DNA of 64,000 bases, from positions 1 to 64,000 of the forward strand of contig JBHLON010000012.1 of NCBI GenBank assembly GCA_048940445.1, in the 5' to 3' direction. The translations under genes were made by a program, and so were the position numbers. The stretch comes from Promethearchaeota archaeon (GTDB taxonomy: Archaea > Asgardarchaeota > Lokiarchaeia > Sigyniarchaeales > SOKP01). Shown piece by piece: positions 51,577 through 61,571 of the stretch. The notes below the pieces were generated by a model, which did no database searches, was not told where the DNA came from, and saw nothing but the letters and a program-made list of their open reading frames with translations. Numbering within the stretch: the stretch's first letter is position 1; every line of letters starts with the position of its first letter.

Positions 51577-53529
51577 ATGAATATAAATAAACCAAGTATC
51601 TATTCTATAGCAAAAAATATATCGTATGAAATTCTCGTAGAAGAACAATTACAACTACAAAGTAAAGCAATAAATACGTTATTTGAGAGATATAATAAAA
51701 AGAGAATTTCGCTTAAATTAAAATTCCTCTCATATAAGATCATTAATGGGATTATTTTTGCATTATTACCGTTATTTCCAATCATAGCATATTTAGATAT
51801 TACTACCTCCCTCACAAATTTGGATGCCCATGTCCAAATTATCATGCTTATCCAAAGTCTAGTTCTCCAAACTTTTATTATATTACAATTTTTTGATTTC
51901 CTTTTAATGGGAGTATTTAATTTGGTTAACATTATGTCAGGAGAGATTTTTGAATGGTTTAAAACGCTACCTTTTTCTAGGAAGGAATTAAAAAGATTAG
52001 CTTTACTCACAATTTTTCATAATTTCGACATAGCCATTATTGCAAATCTTTTTGCATTCCCTATTATGATATTTATAGTCACTCAAAATGTTTTTGTTCT
52101 TCTAATTTCTTTAGGATGTTCAGCTTTAAATATAATGTTTTCAATTTCCATTTTAATAATCCTTGGACAAAAAATTGGAAAATTAATAAAGGAAAGGAAT
52201 AAAAAAGTAAAAAGATCATTAATCTTCCAATTTTTAAACGCGTTTAGTTATGTAATAATTATTTTTGGTAGTATTTTTGCTGCTCAAATAATTTTGAGTT
52301 CTATGATCACTTTTATTATCTCTTCTGCTGATTTAAGCTTTTCTCCGCTTTATAACCTTATCTTAAGCTTTATTTCTTTTCCTTTTAGCCCTGTTTATTT
52401 AATTATTTATATTATCCATATTCCAGAGATGATAATTAATTTTTGGCTTAGTCCTTTATTTGGTATGGCCTTATATGCGATTTATATCTACTTTTTTATT
52501 AGGAAAGCAATGAAATCAATTAATGAAATTTTATCATTAAAACAAAACCTCAATGATTCAATGTTATTAGATAAGGATTATATATTAAGAATTCATAGAA
52601 CCTCACCGATTAAAGCTTTTATTAGGAAAGATTTGCTAATAGCATCAAGAAATCTACAGACTTTTATGTATTTCATAATGCCAATCATCATGTCATTTGT
52701 TTTTATAATTTTTTTCAATATTAGTTATGCAGGAGCAGGTGCTTTATTGGGAGGTGATTTATTCTATAATTGGATAGTGATGGTAGGATTTAGCCCCATT
52801 ATTTCTGGAACAATTGTTTATAACATTTTGAGTATAGAAAGTACGGGGAAAACTATAACAGGAGCGCTCCCAATTGTTATTCGTGATCAAGCTAAAGCAA
52901 AATTAGGAATAATGATTTTAATTCAAGTTATTGCTTTACTAGCTCCATCTTTAATTTATCTTCTTAACTCTAGGTTCATTGATTTATTAATAACTTCTCT
53001 TGCTGCGTTACCATTTACACTCATCTTTCTATTGTTAATTTTTATCCAACGAGTGTTATTCTTTGGGAAAAGAAAAAGCAAATATGTTCTTGATGAAATT
53101 GCCCCTAAAAATAAGATGAGCAAGTGGATATTTATATTTTTCATAAATTATTTTTTATATATTCTACTTGTTTCAATTATCTATTTCTTATATTTTTCCT
53201 TTGACTTTTTTATACTTCTATTAAACTTGATAATAATAATTTTAATTTTAATAGTTGTTGTAAAAGGTCTTTTCGATATATTGTTTCCAAAATTCAAAAT
53301 TGATGTAAATTTAAAGAAACAAACTCGTCAGAAACTAAAAGTAGTTAAATGGCCAATAATCATAACATCAATTGTAATTATTTATTATTTAATTTCTATA
53401 TTATTCTTAGTTGGACCAACATTTATTTTATTTAACCCTCAATTATCTACGGGACTATTCCTTATAATAATCGCTATAATAATGGTAATTTTATCTTTAA
53501 CAATTCCAAAAAAAAGAAGAGGCAAGTAA
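51577..53529 (+). CDS. Large polytopic membrane protein (ABC-2-type exporter permease-like)
   Basis: Many TM segments; two halves with KTLPF/GALPI motifs and KD....R. Confidence 0.65.
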   Translation: MNINKPSIYSIAKNISYEILVEEQLQLQSKAINTLFERYNKKRISLKLKFLSYKIINGIIFALLPLFPIIAYLDITTSLTNLDAHVQIIMLIQSLVLQTFIILQFFDFLLMGVFNLVNIMSGEIFEWFKTLPFSRKELKRLALLTIFHNFDIAIIANLFAFPIMIFIVTQNVFVLLISLGCSALNIMFSISILIILGQKIGKLIKERNKKVKRSLIFQFLNAFSYVIIIFGSIFAAQIILSSMITFIISSADLSFSPLYNLILSFISFPFSPVYLIIYIIHIPEMIINFWLSPLFGMALYAIYIYFFIRKAMKSINEILSLKQNLNDSMLLDKDYILRIHRTSPIKAFIRKDLLIASRNLQTFMYFIMPIIMSFVFIIFFNISYAGAGALLGGDLFYNWIVMVGFSPIISGTIVYNILSIESTGKTITGALPIVIRDQAKAKLGIMILIQVIALLAPSLIYLLNSRFIDLLITSLAALPFTLIFLLLIFIQRVLFFGKRKSKYVLDEIAPKNKMSKWIFIFFINYFLYILLVSIIYFLYFSFDFFILLLNLIIIILILIVVVKGLFDILFPKFKIDVNLKKQTRQKLKVVKWPIIITSIVIIYYLISILFLVGPTFILFNPQLSTGLFLIIIAIIMVILSLTIPKKRRGK

Positions 53530-53634
53530 ATAAAAATTAAAACTTCTAATTTTCCGAATTTTATTAAGAACTGGAACCACTTGTATTCTTTAATAATAAT
53601 CATGAAAAATCAATTAATCGAGTAGGGATAATAA

Positions 53635-54660
53635 TTGAGAAAACAAAAAAAAATAACTAATCCCTCTAATTTATTAAATGAGAATGGGAGTCTTCTACAA
53701 AGAGGTTGGGCAACAAAACCGATATTGAAATATAATAAAGAAAATATCGGTAAAGGTTGGATACGAATTAAAGAATGGGATCATTTTTCTGTTTTAAATG
53801 AGCAGTTTGGAATTCAATTAACGATAGGAGATATTGGATACTTAACACAGATGAGTTATGTGTGGTTTGATTTTGTTGAGAAGAAAAGATATGATAAAGC
53901 AGTAATGAAATTTTTTACTAAGTCGAAACTTTTACCTCTAAGTTCTATTGAAGATTTTTTTATAGAGGTTCCTACTCTGAAATTTAGAGCTACTATTGAA
54001 AGGAGGGGGAATAATAGAATTCTTACAATCGATGATAAACACTTCTTAAATAAGGGTATAAATGGAACTATTTCACTTTTTGATAATCCTAAATGGGATA
54101 ATACAGTGGTAGTCACTGGTTATAAGGAAAAACCAAAATTATTTTATTATAACCATAAAATAAATATGATGCCTGCTGAGGGAAAAATAACCATCGGAGA
54201 AAAAGTATATAACTTTGAACCGGAATCATCCTTTGGATTGATGGATTGGGGAAGAGGGATTTGGCCATATAAAACTCATTGGTTATGGGGATCTGCATGT
54301 GGAATTGTTGGTGGGGTTCCTGTTGCGTTTAATATTGGTTATGGATTTGGAGATCTTTCGACTCATACAGAAAATATTCTTTTTTATGACGGTGAGGCTC
54401 ATAAAATTGATGAAGTTTATTTTCACCATGAGAATCGAGACCCTGAAAAACCATGGAGCTTTAGTAGCAATGACAACCGTTTTAATATGACATTGTACCC
54501 GTTAATCCCTCACCGTGAAAAAATTAATTTTGGATTAATTTATTTAGATTCTTCTTTATTACATGGAGTTTATACCGGAAAATTAGTTTTAGATAATGGA
54601 GAGAAGATCTATATAAAAGATTTGCTAGGTCATGCTGAGGATATCTACTGGCGTTGGTAA
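53635..54660 (+). CDS. DUF2804 family protein
   Basis: LL...G.L...GWA, RIKEWD, FYYN.KIN...AEG, DWGRG.W, TENI.FYDG..HK, GHAE...RW. Confidence 0.85.
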   Translation: MRKQKKITNPSNLLNENGSLLQRGWATKPILKYNKENIGKGWIRIKEWDHFSVLNEQFGIQLTIGDIGYLTQMSYVWFDFVEKKRYDKAVMKFFTKSKLLPLSSIEDFFIEVPTLKFRATIERRGNNRILTIDDKHFLNKGINGTISLFDNPKWDNTVVVTGYKEKPKLFYYNHKINMMPAEGKITIGEKVYNFEPESSFGLMDWGRGIWPYKTHWLWGSACGIVGGVPVAFNIGYGFGDLSTHTENILFYDGEAHKIDEVYFHHENRDPEKPWSFSSNDNRFNMTLYPLIPHREKINFGLIYLDSSLLHGVYTGKLVLDNGEKIYIKDLLGHAEDIYWRW

Positions 54661-54711
54661 ATCTTACTCATCACACCTTTTTTATTAAAATCGTTTCCTT
54701 TAGATAAAAAA

Positions 54712-56067
54712 TCATTTCAATTCTTGACCTTTTTTACCTTTCCCTTTTTTTCTTTGAATTTCTTCTTCTAAACTCTTCTTGACTCTCATTACATAATCGT
54801 ACACATTTTTGTTAAATTTTTTTAAATCTTCAGAACTCCAAATTTCCGAATTCCGGAATGGAAATTCCATTCCAAATTCTCTACTAATATTTATCTCGAG
54901 CTCTCTGGCTTTTTCTTTTAACTGTTCCCAATTCATATTCGCCCCTAAAATAGGCATAATGTTTATATTGTGCCTAAATGCTAATTTTAATTCATTGATA
55001 CAATCTTTTGAATAAGCGGAATTTTCTGTGAAAAAGATAATTAAAAGTTGACTTCGTGGAACTCTTGTCTCCATCCAATCATCGATATTTCCAACCATCC
55101 CTTCCTCACAATAATCTACTTTATAAATCCCTTTCTGTTTTTGTAAATATTTAGCAAGATTACTAATTTGATATTCATCATAATCTGTAATAGCATGACT
55201 GATAAATACTCGGATCCCTCTTTGTTTTACTTTCTTTCGTATAGCAAGTGAAATAGCCGCTATAATTGTTAATACAACGACACCTATTATAATAGCAGTT
55301 ACTACAATTTGCCAATCATTAGGTTGAGCCGTAAATTGTTTCACTATTTGCAATTCTTTCCAACTCATATTACCATCGGTATCGTTTGCATAAAAGTTGA
55401 TTTTAAACATTCCTAGAGGTATACTCTCCCAGATCACATAGTCTAAATATTCAGCTGTATCATTCTGGAGAAATTCCTTGAATGAAAGGGCACCAGATAC
55501 ATTATACCATATTTTATCTAAATTTTCATCGAATACAATTACCTTTATTAAAGGAGGTTCATCCCAATAAGTACTCGCCAGAGGTAACTGAATAATGATA
55601 TTAGGAAAAATATCCAAAACATTCACTGTTATAATAACTAAGATTGAAGTATAATTTGTTTTTTGAGCAGAAATGTTTAAATTGTTAATTCCTAAATTCA
55701 AACTGGCTGTGTTTATTAATACATAATAACTATTAAGCCCTTCTGTAAGTAAATCATTAATTGTTTCACCGGTTAATCCAACCGTAGCCCCGCTAATAAA
55801 GTTTCCAGTTAAAATCTCTGAATAAATAATTGTTATATTTAAAATCTCATTATAATCAATTTCGATATATTTTGTTTGAGTCTCATTTTGACTGTTTAGA
55901 AATATTGTTGTAATATCAGCTTCTGTAAAGGATGATTGGGGGTCTTCTATCGCTTTGTTAGATTTTTCCTGATTTATATTATTTAAGGGAAAAAACTTTA
56001 ATAGACTTAAAAGCAACACTAGACTTAATAAAGTTAAGAAGAATACTATAATTTCCTTTTTCTCCAT
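54712..56067 (-). CDS. Single-pass receptor-like protein: signal peptide, Ig-like ectodomain, TM, cytoplasmic TIR domain
   Basis: FYANDTDGN Ig-like motif and many N-x-S/T sequons; TM IVVTAIIIGVVVLTIIAAISLAI-RKK; RVFISH...S..C..EL..A...I.PI. Confidence 0.8.
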   Translation of the reverse strand: MEKKEIIVFFLTLLSLVLLLSLLKFFPLNNINQEKSNKAIEDPQSSFTEADITTIFLNSQNETQTKYIEIDYNEILNITIIYSEILTGNFISGATVGLTGETINDLLTEGLNSYYVLINTASLNLGINNLNISAQKTNYTSILVIITVNVLDIFPNIIIQLPLASTYWDEPPLIKVIVFDENLDKIWYNVSGALSFKEFLQNDTAEYLDYVIWESIPLGMFKINFYANDTDGNMSWKELQIVKQFTAQPNDWQIVVTAIIIGVVVLTIIAAISLAIRKKVKQRGIRVFISHAITDYDEYQISNLAKYLQKQKGIYKVDYCEEGMVGNIDDWMETRVPRSQLLIIFFTENSAYSKDCINELKLAFRHNINIMPILGANMNWEQLKEKARELEINISREFGMEFPFRNSEIWSSEDLKKFNKNVYDYVMRVKKSLEEEIQRKKGKGKKGQELK

Positions 56068-56173
56068 TGAATTTCGTGTTTATCTTGTATAATTCTCTAT
56101 AAATACACTTTATATCTAACTATTATTTAAGTCTTTTTAATCAAGTATTTCAGGATTAAGACTCTTTTTATTT

Positions 56174-56836
56174 TTAAAATTGTTTTCTTTGAAAATTAAT
56201 AATTGCAATTATAAGGAACGCTAATGTTAAGCTTATTCCAACTAATGATGTTAATAATATCGGATTTATAATTTGAATGAAAAGTATTGCTATAACTGAA
56301 AGTGCAGATAATTGATTTCCAACATAAACTGATAATATTGCTGCTGCTGCTACAGAACGAATTAATGTCCCGAAAAATACTCCTATTGAACAAGATATTG
56401 CCATTGCTGCCATAGTAGTTATAAGAGATTGAATAGTTATATCAGCAAAGGATTGAGAAGGAATACCAATTGTGAAATAATCGATGATTAAGCCAGCTAT
56501 TAAAGAAATTATAGTCGCTATGAATAAACATAAGTAAACCGCAAAAAATTTTGCTAATATAAGGTTATATCTTTTAACAGGTCTGATGAGGAATAGTTCA
56601 TATACATGTGAACTCATTTCATTTGCCATAGAGGTTCCTAGCATAGCTGATCCTAACGTTCCTCCTATTGATGCTGTAACTATGGCAACTAAAGTACTAA
56701 ATGGAAATCCTCCAGTATCTGATTGAAAGAAATGCATTATTATTGTCACTAAAGGCATTCCAATCCATAATATTATCATTACTTTTGATTTGTAAAAACC
56801 TTTTAACTCATCAAAAAACAGAATTTTCAAGCTCAT
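56174..56836 (-). CDS. ABC-2 type permease
   Basis: 6 TM; E.......LFLIRPV.R..LILAKF. Confidence 0.85.
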   Translation of the reverse strand: MSLKILFFDELKGFYKSKVMIILWIGMPLVTIIMHFFQSDTGGFPFSTLVAIVTASIGGTLGSAMLGTSMANEMSSHVYELFLIRPVKRYNLILAKFFAVYLCLFIATIISLIAGLIIDYFTIGIPSQSFADITIQSLITTMAAMAISCSIGVFFGTLIRSVAAAAILSVYVGNQLSALSVIAILFIQIINPILLTSLVGISLTLAFLIIAIINFQRKQF

Positions 56837-56838
56837 TT

Positions 56839-57780
56839 CTAACGTCCTCCAACATAGTGTAAATAAACTTCTTCTAAACTGGGGGTTACTAATGAAATAT
56901 TTCTTAATTTACAGTTATTATTCACAATTTCTTTCAAAATTTGATGTATACATAGATCAACATCAAAATTATGTTTTAAGTAGACTTTTTGAATATGTTG
57001 ATTTAAAATTTCAAGCTTTTCTACAAATTCAAAACGATCTATCTTGTTACACATATTTGTATCCATGGCATAGCCAATTTGAATTATATTTCCTATTTGG
57101 AAGTCTAATTGTAGCTCTTTGGGCGTTCCAATCTTTTTAATTTTACCTTGATTTAAAATCCCAATCTTATTGGCAACATCTTGCACATCACTTAAAATAT
57201 GTGAAGAAAATAGAATGGTCTTTCCTTCAGATCCTAACTGTTTAACCAAATTTTTAAATTGATATCTACTCATAGGATCTAATCCCGTAAGTGGCTCATC
57301 TAATATGAGTATTTCAGGATTACTTAATAAAGCTTGTGCTAACCTTAGTTTTTGGACCATACCTCCTGATAAATGTACAATCTTCTTATTTTGAAATTCT
57401 TTTAAGCTTACAAATTCTAATATCTCATCAATTCTAGATTTTAAAAATTCACTCTCTAAACCAGAGAGCTTCCCAAAAGTTATCAGAGCTTGATTAACAG
57501 TTCTCCATGATTGAAATCCTGCTTCTTGGGGGTGATATCCTAAAACTCTAGAGAGTTCATTATAATTAAGTCTTAGGTCATTTCCATTTATCAAAACATC
57601 TCCTGTATAATTTCTTATTAGTCCAACTAATATCTTAATTGTTGTTGTTTTACCAGCTCCATTAGGTCCGATATATCCAAAAATATCTCCTTTATTTATC
57701 GTAAATGATATTTTATCTAGCGCAAGTAATTCTTTATATTTTTTAGAAACATCACGAAATTGGATAAAGATTTCTGTCAT
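56839..57780 (-). CDS. ABC transporter ATP-binding subunit
   Basis: GPNGAGKTT, LSGG, ILDEP.TGLDP, SSH, SLEEVY. Confidence 0.95.
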   Translation of the reverse strand: MTEIFIQFRDVSKKYKELLALDKISFTINKGDIFGYIGPNGAGKTTTIKILVGLIRNYTGDVLINGNDLRLNYNELSRVLGYHPQEAGFQSWRTVNQALITFGKLSGLESEFLKSRIDEILEFVSLKEFQNKKIVHLSGGMVQKLRLAQALLSNPEILILDEPLTGLDPMSRYQFKNLVKQLGSEGKTILFSSHILSDVQDVANKIGILNQGKIKKIGTPKELQLDFQIGNIIQIGYAMDTNMCNKIDRFEFVEKLEILNQHIQKVYLKHNFDVDLCIHQILKEIVNNNCKLRNISLVTPSLEEVYLHYVGGR

Positions 57781-58273
57781 ATTTAGTTACCATGAATCAA
57801 TAGATAAATAAATTATGAAAGATAAGAATGTTTTGTATTCTAATGAGAGAAAATATTAAAACTTTAAGAACATACCCAACTCAAGAATATATCCCATTTT
57901 AATTAAGTTACAAAAAATATATGTGTAAATCTTCAAGATTATAGCAATGTGTAGATATCTATACCTAGTTAAGGAGAGAGAGAAAAATAGATAACAATAT
58001 CGACAGAAGGAAAAACATTCAAGAATCTTCTTTTTTTTGAACATCATAAATGCCTTTTAACAAAATAAAAATATTTAAATATGAAATATCACTCTCAAAT
58101 TGGGATTCTAATTCATTAAGTAGATGCATTGAATCAATAATATCAAGATTATTTAGGATTTTAAATGGTCTTAATCTGTTTTTAGGACTCTTTTATGCGT
58201 TATACTATATAGATGTTTTGATATAGGGGCCCTTAAGTTAGAATAATAAAGCAAAAGAAACTTATATCTAAAA

Positions 58274-59245
58274 ATGGCAGAGATAGGTATATTTATTTTA
58301 GCTATTTTCATGCTAATAGGAGGGTTAGTTTTAATAATCTACAGTAGTATCAAAGCTGTTAAACATTCAGCTATACTTGCGGCAACACTGGGTATTTCTC
58401 CATTAGTAATTGGAGTGGCGCTAGTTTCAATTGGAACTGATGTCTCAGAGATTTTTAATTCAATTATATCATGTGCGCTTGGTCATGGTGACATTGATGT
58501 GGGAGATAGTGTAGGTTCAGATTTAACTCAACTCACACTGGTTTTTGGTTTATTACCATTAGTCTCTGGTGTTTTTTACGTTCATAGAAAAGATATTATA
58601 ATTCTAGGGGTATGTGAAGTTCTATCGTTAATTTTAATATTTACCGTTGTTGAAAAGGGTTATTTCACTAGAATCGATGCAATACTTATGATTGCTTGTT
58701 TGGGTATATATATTTGGTTAATATACAATACCAATAAGGAAAGTATTCTCGAAAGAGTGGGAATGATTCAGAAAATAAGATCTCCCAAAAGTAAAAAATT
58801 TCATCTCTTTATCGCTTCATTAGGTTTTGGAGGAGTTACAATTAGTTCTTACATGATCGTTAATTCAGTTATTATTATATCTAATGCATTAAATATTCAT
58901 GAATACATTATTAGTTTCGTCATAGTTTCTGTAGGTACTTCATTACCTGAATTGGCAGTAGACATTAACGCCTTAAGACTAAAGCAACACGAAATAGCTA
59001 TAGGGGATATAATAGGTTCTTGTATTGTAGATTCTACGCTCTCAATTGCGATTGGGCAAGCTCTTTTTCCACAGCGTGTTACAGCAAGACTAATTACTCC
59101 AACTGTCCTATATACATTATTGGCGAGTTTTATTGTAATTACAATAGTGGCAGTTAGAAAAAAAGTGGATCGAAGAGCTGGGGCAATATTTGTTTCAATT
59201 TATGTGTTTTCTTTTCTGTTTCTATTTCTTTTAGGATTTTGGTAA
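58274..59245 (+). CDS. Na+/Ca2+ (CaCA, YrbG-like) antiporter
   Basis: Alpha repeats SIGTDVSE/GDSVGS and SVGTSLPE/GDIIGS. Confidence 0.88.
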   Translation: MAEIGIFILAIFMLIGGLVLIIYSSIKAVKHSAILAATLGISPLVIGVALVSIGTDVSEIFNSIISCALGHGDIDVGDSVGSDLTQLTLVFGLLPLVSGVFYVHRKDIIILGVCEVLSLILIFTVVEKGYFTRIDAILMIACLGIYIWLIYNTNKESILERVGMIQKIRSPKSKKFHLFIASLGFGGVTISSYMIVNSVIIISNALNIHEYIISFVIVSVGTSLPELAVDINALRLKQHEIAIGDIIGSCIVDSTLSIAIGQALFPQRVTARLITPTVLYTLLASFIVITIVAVRKKVDRRAGAIFVSIYVFSFLFLFLLGFW

Positions 59246-59277
59246 TATAATTATTCAAATAAGAGTCCAATAATTGG

Positions 59278-59625
59278 TTATATTGGCATATAGAATTTAC
59301 ATAAACTACATTGTTTTACTTTTAAGCGTCTATCCGGACCTAAAATAATATATTTGGATTGCATTGAACCACCACATTTAGGACAGTTTTTGGCAAAATT
59401 TTCCTTTATAGAATCTAATACTTTCTGAATATTTTTTTCTAATTTGAGGAGCTCATTAGCATTTTCAATAATTTTTCTTGCTGAAATCAAACCAATTCCC
59501 TTTATCCATGCCAATTCTTCAGGTTTAGCATTTGCGATATCTTGTATAGAACTAACACCTGCTTTATTTAATTTAATTGCAGCTACTGGACCAATTCCCC
59601 TTATTCGTTCAAGCTCATTCGACAT
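59278..59625 (-). CDS. Helix-hairpin-helix protein with C-terminal Zn ribbon; start revised to ATG 59625
   Basis: LERIRGIGP..A.KL..AG, IKGIG...A.KII, CPKCG...CSLC. Confidence 0.75.
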   Translation of the reverse strand: MSNELERIRGIGPVAAIKLNKAGVSSIQDIANAKPEELAWIKGIGLISARKIIENANELLKLEKNIQKVLDSIKENFAKNCPKCGGSMQSKYIILGPDRRLKVKQCSLCKFYMPI

Positions 59626-59808
59626 AACATAAATACTTAAGCTTTTGTTTTTAAATGTCCCTTTCTGAAGTTCTATTGAAGAATTACTATGAATTCTTCT
59701 CAATTAATCAGATAATATGAATTTAATTGAATATGATTATGATATTATTTAATTTAATCAATTAAGAAAAAAAAAATTTTAGATTTAATTATTTCTTTAA
59801 TTAAAAAT

Positions 59809-60525
59809 TTATTTTTCTATTTGACGCCCTACACCAAAGTACATTAAATATCCACCTGCTAATCCTAAGATTACTCCTATTGCACTTATAATGATTCTGA
59901 ATGTTTGATCATTAAGAGTATTCGATAGAAAAATTCCGTACATAAAAATACATAGAGCGCAAAATCCAAATATAAAAAATTTCCACTTTTTTTTTAAATT
60001 TATATCTTCGAATCTACTATATATTTGAATTGAGAAATAGAGTAGAGGTACAATTATCACGGTTTCAACTATGAATACATATATAAAGAATCCAATACTC
60101 CAAACAGGAGAATAATTTGGATTCAGAGAAACTCCGGGTATAGGAGTGAATAAAAAGATAATCATAGCAAACATTGCAATACCATAGACAATAATAATAA
60201 TCAATTGTTTGCTTGTTGTAATCACTTTCTCAGACTTCAAAAGTATTAAATTAAACACCAGAAGGAATACAGGTGCATAAAATATACAAAAATTTGTAAT
60301 AAAGTTTAAAATGAGAATGGTAGACACATCAGTAAGAAATACATAAATGAAGTTTATGAATGAGCCAATTACAGCGGATATATAAAATGATGCGAAGATT
60401 ATATTCAATCGTTTTGTGTCTCGCTTTAGGGTCTTAATTGCTAAATAAAGAAAGAAGGCAAAAACCAATCCTTGTGCAACGAATACAGTAAGAATTCTCG
60501 TTGTCTCTAATTGTAATAATACCAT
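59809..60525 (-). CDS. Stand-alone 7TM membrane protein (HisKA_7TM-like), paralogue 1
   Basis: Seven hydrophobic segments; K.LKR...LN, PVWS..FFIY, LKKKWK.F..G. Confidence 0.75.
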   Translation of the reverse strand: MVLLQLETTRILTVFVAQGLVFAFFLYLAIKTLKRDTKRLNIIFASFYISAVIGSFINFIYVFLTDVSTILILNFITNFCIFYAPVFLLVFNLILLKSEKVITTSKQLIIIIVYGIAMFAMIIFLFTPIPGVSLNPNYSPVWSIGFFIYVFIVETVIIVPLLYFSIQIYSRFEDINLKKKWKFFIFGFCALCIFMYGIFLSNTLNDQTFRIIISAIGVILGLAGGYLMYFGVGRQIEK

Positions 60526-60641
60526 AAATTAATCACGGTTTTTTAATTTTTATTTGAATTTTGAATTTAATATTGTTATTTAATAATTTAAATGCATTTA
60601 ACATTTGCTAATGTTTTAAAAATAGAACATTTCTATAGCAT

Positions 60642-61352
60642 CTATAATTGCTTAGCAACACCATAATATATGAAATAAAAAGCAATTAATGTGGGTAATG
60701 AAATGATCGACCAAATTAACCTAAATCCAGGATCCGCCAATGTATTTGAGAAGGATGTACCGTAATATAGGAAAAAACAAGCAAATATTCCAATTAAAAA
60801 ATATTTCCATTTCTTTTTTAGTTCTTGATGTTCTAATTTAAGATAAATTCTTAATGCAAAATATATTGTAGGAACAATTGCAAAGAGACTACAAACTATC
60901 GTACTATAAATAAAAAATGGCCAGCTCCAAACAGGTTTCCAACTAGTTTTGGAGTTTATTGTGATTCCACCTGGAATAAATATTAATCCAAGTACAGCGA
61001 TCCCATAAAAAATAATAATTAATATTTGCGTAAGAAGTGTAATCACTTTATCAGATTTCCATAAAATTAATACAAATATAAGTAAAAATACAAGAGAAAT
61101 ACATAATAAGTAGTAAGTAATAAAGTGAAGGATAAATACTATAACTTCAATAAATATAAACGCATAGATTATATTTATGATAGCTCCAATTGCAGCAGTG
61201 AAATAAAATAAGCTCAAAATTAAATTTAAACCTTTAGATTCTCTTTTTAAAATTTTATAAGTCATAAATATGAAGAAGAAACCAAAAAAACCTTGTACTA
61301 TGAAGATTTGTATAAATCGGGGTAAATCTATTATTTGTAAGATAATTAACAA
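60642..61352 (-). CDS. Stand-alone 7TM membrane protein, paralogue 2
   Basis: Same motifs as its neighbour (QG, KILKR..K.LN, KS.KVIT, PVWS, LKKKWK, SNTL.D..FR). Confidence 0.75.
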   Translation of the reverse strand: MLIILQIIDLPRFIQIFIVQGFFGFFFIFMTYKILKRESKGLNLILSLFYFTAAIGAIINIIYAFIFIEVIVFILHFITYYLLCISLVFLLIFVLILWKSDKVITLLTQILIIIFYGIAVLGLIFIPGGITINSKTSWKPVWSWPFFIYSTIVCSLFAIVPTIYFALRIYLKLEHQELKKKWKYFLIGIFACFFLYYGTSFSNTLADPGFRLIWSIISLPTLIAFYFIYYGVAKQL

Positions 61353-61571
61353 GGTTATTTCTCTGAAATTTTATCTTTAATAACTCGATAATTATGTTTC
61401 TTTTTTGTTTTTAATCTATAATAAATCTTTTGCAATTGGTATTTTTAGCATTAATAACAAAATTCTCTTAAATAAGTTCAAATTAATTAATTTTAAATAA
61501 TTCGATTCAATATTATCTTAAATCTCAATTTAATTAGGAATTAGTTCAAATCAAAATTTCTGGTAGTTATT

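Noticed and set aside
57790-58270. 63-aa ORF 57856-58047 or an ncRNA in this long intergenic gap
   Set aside because: No recognisable motif, RBS or GC-rich stem; could be decayed sequence but cannot be supported.
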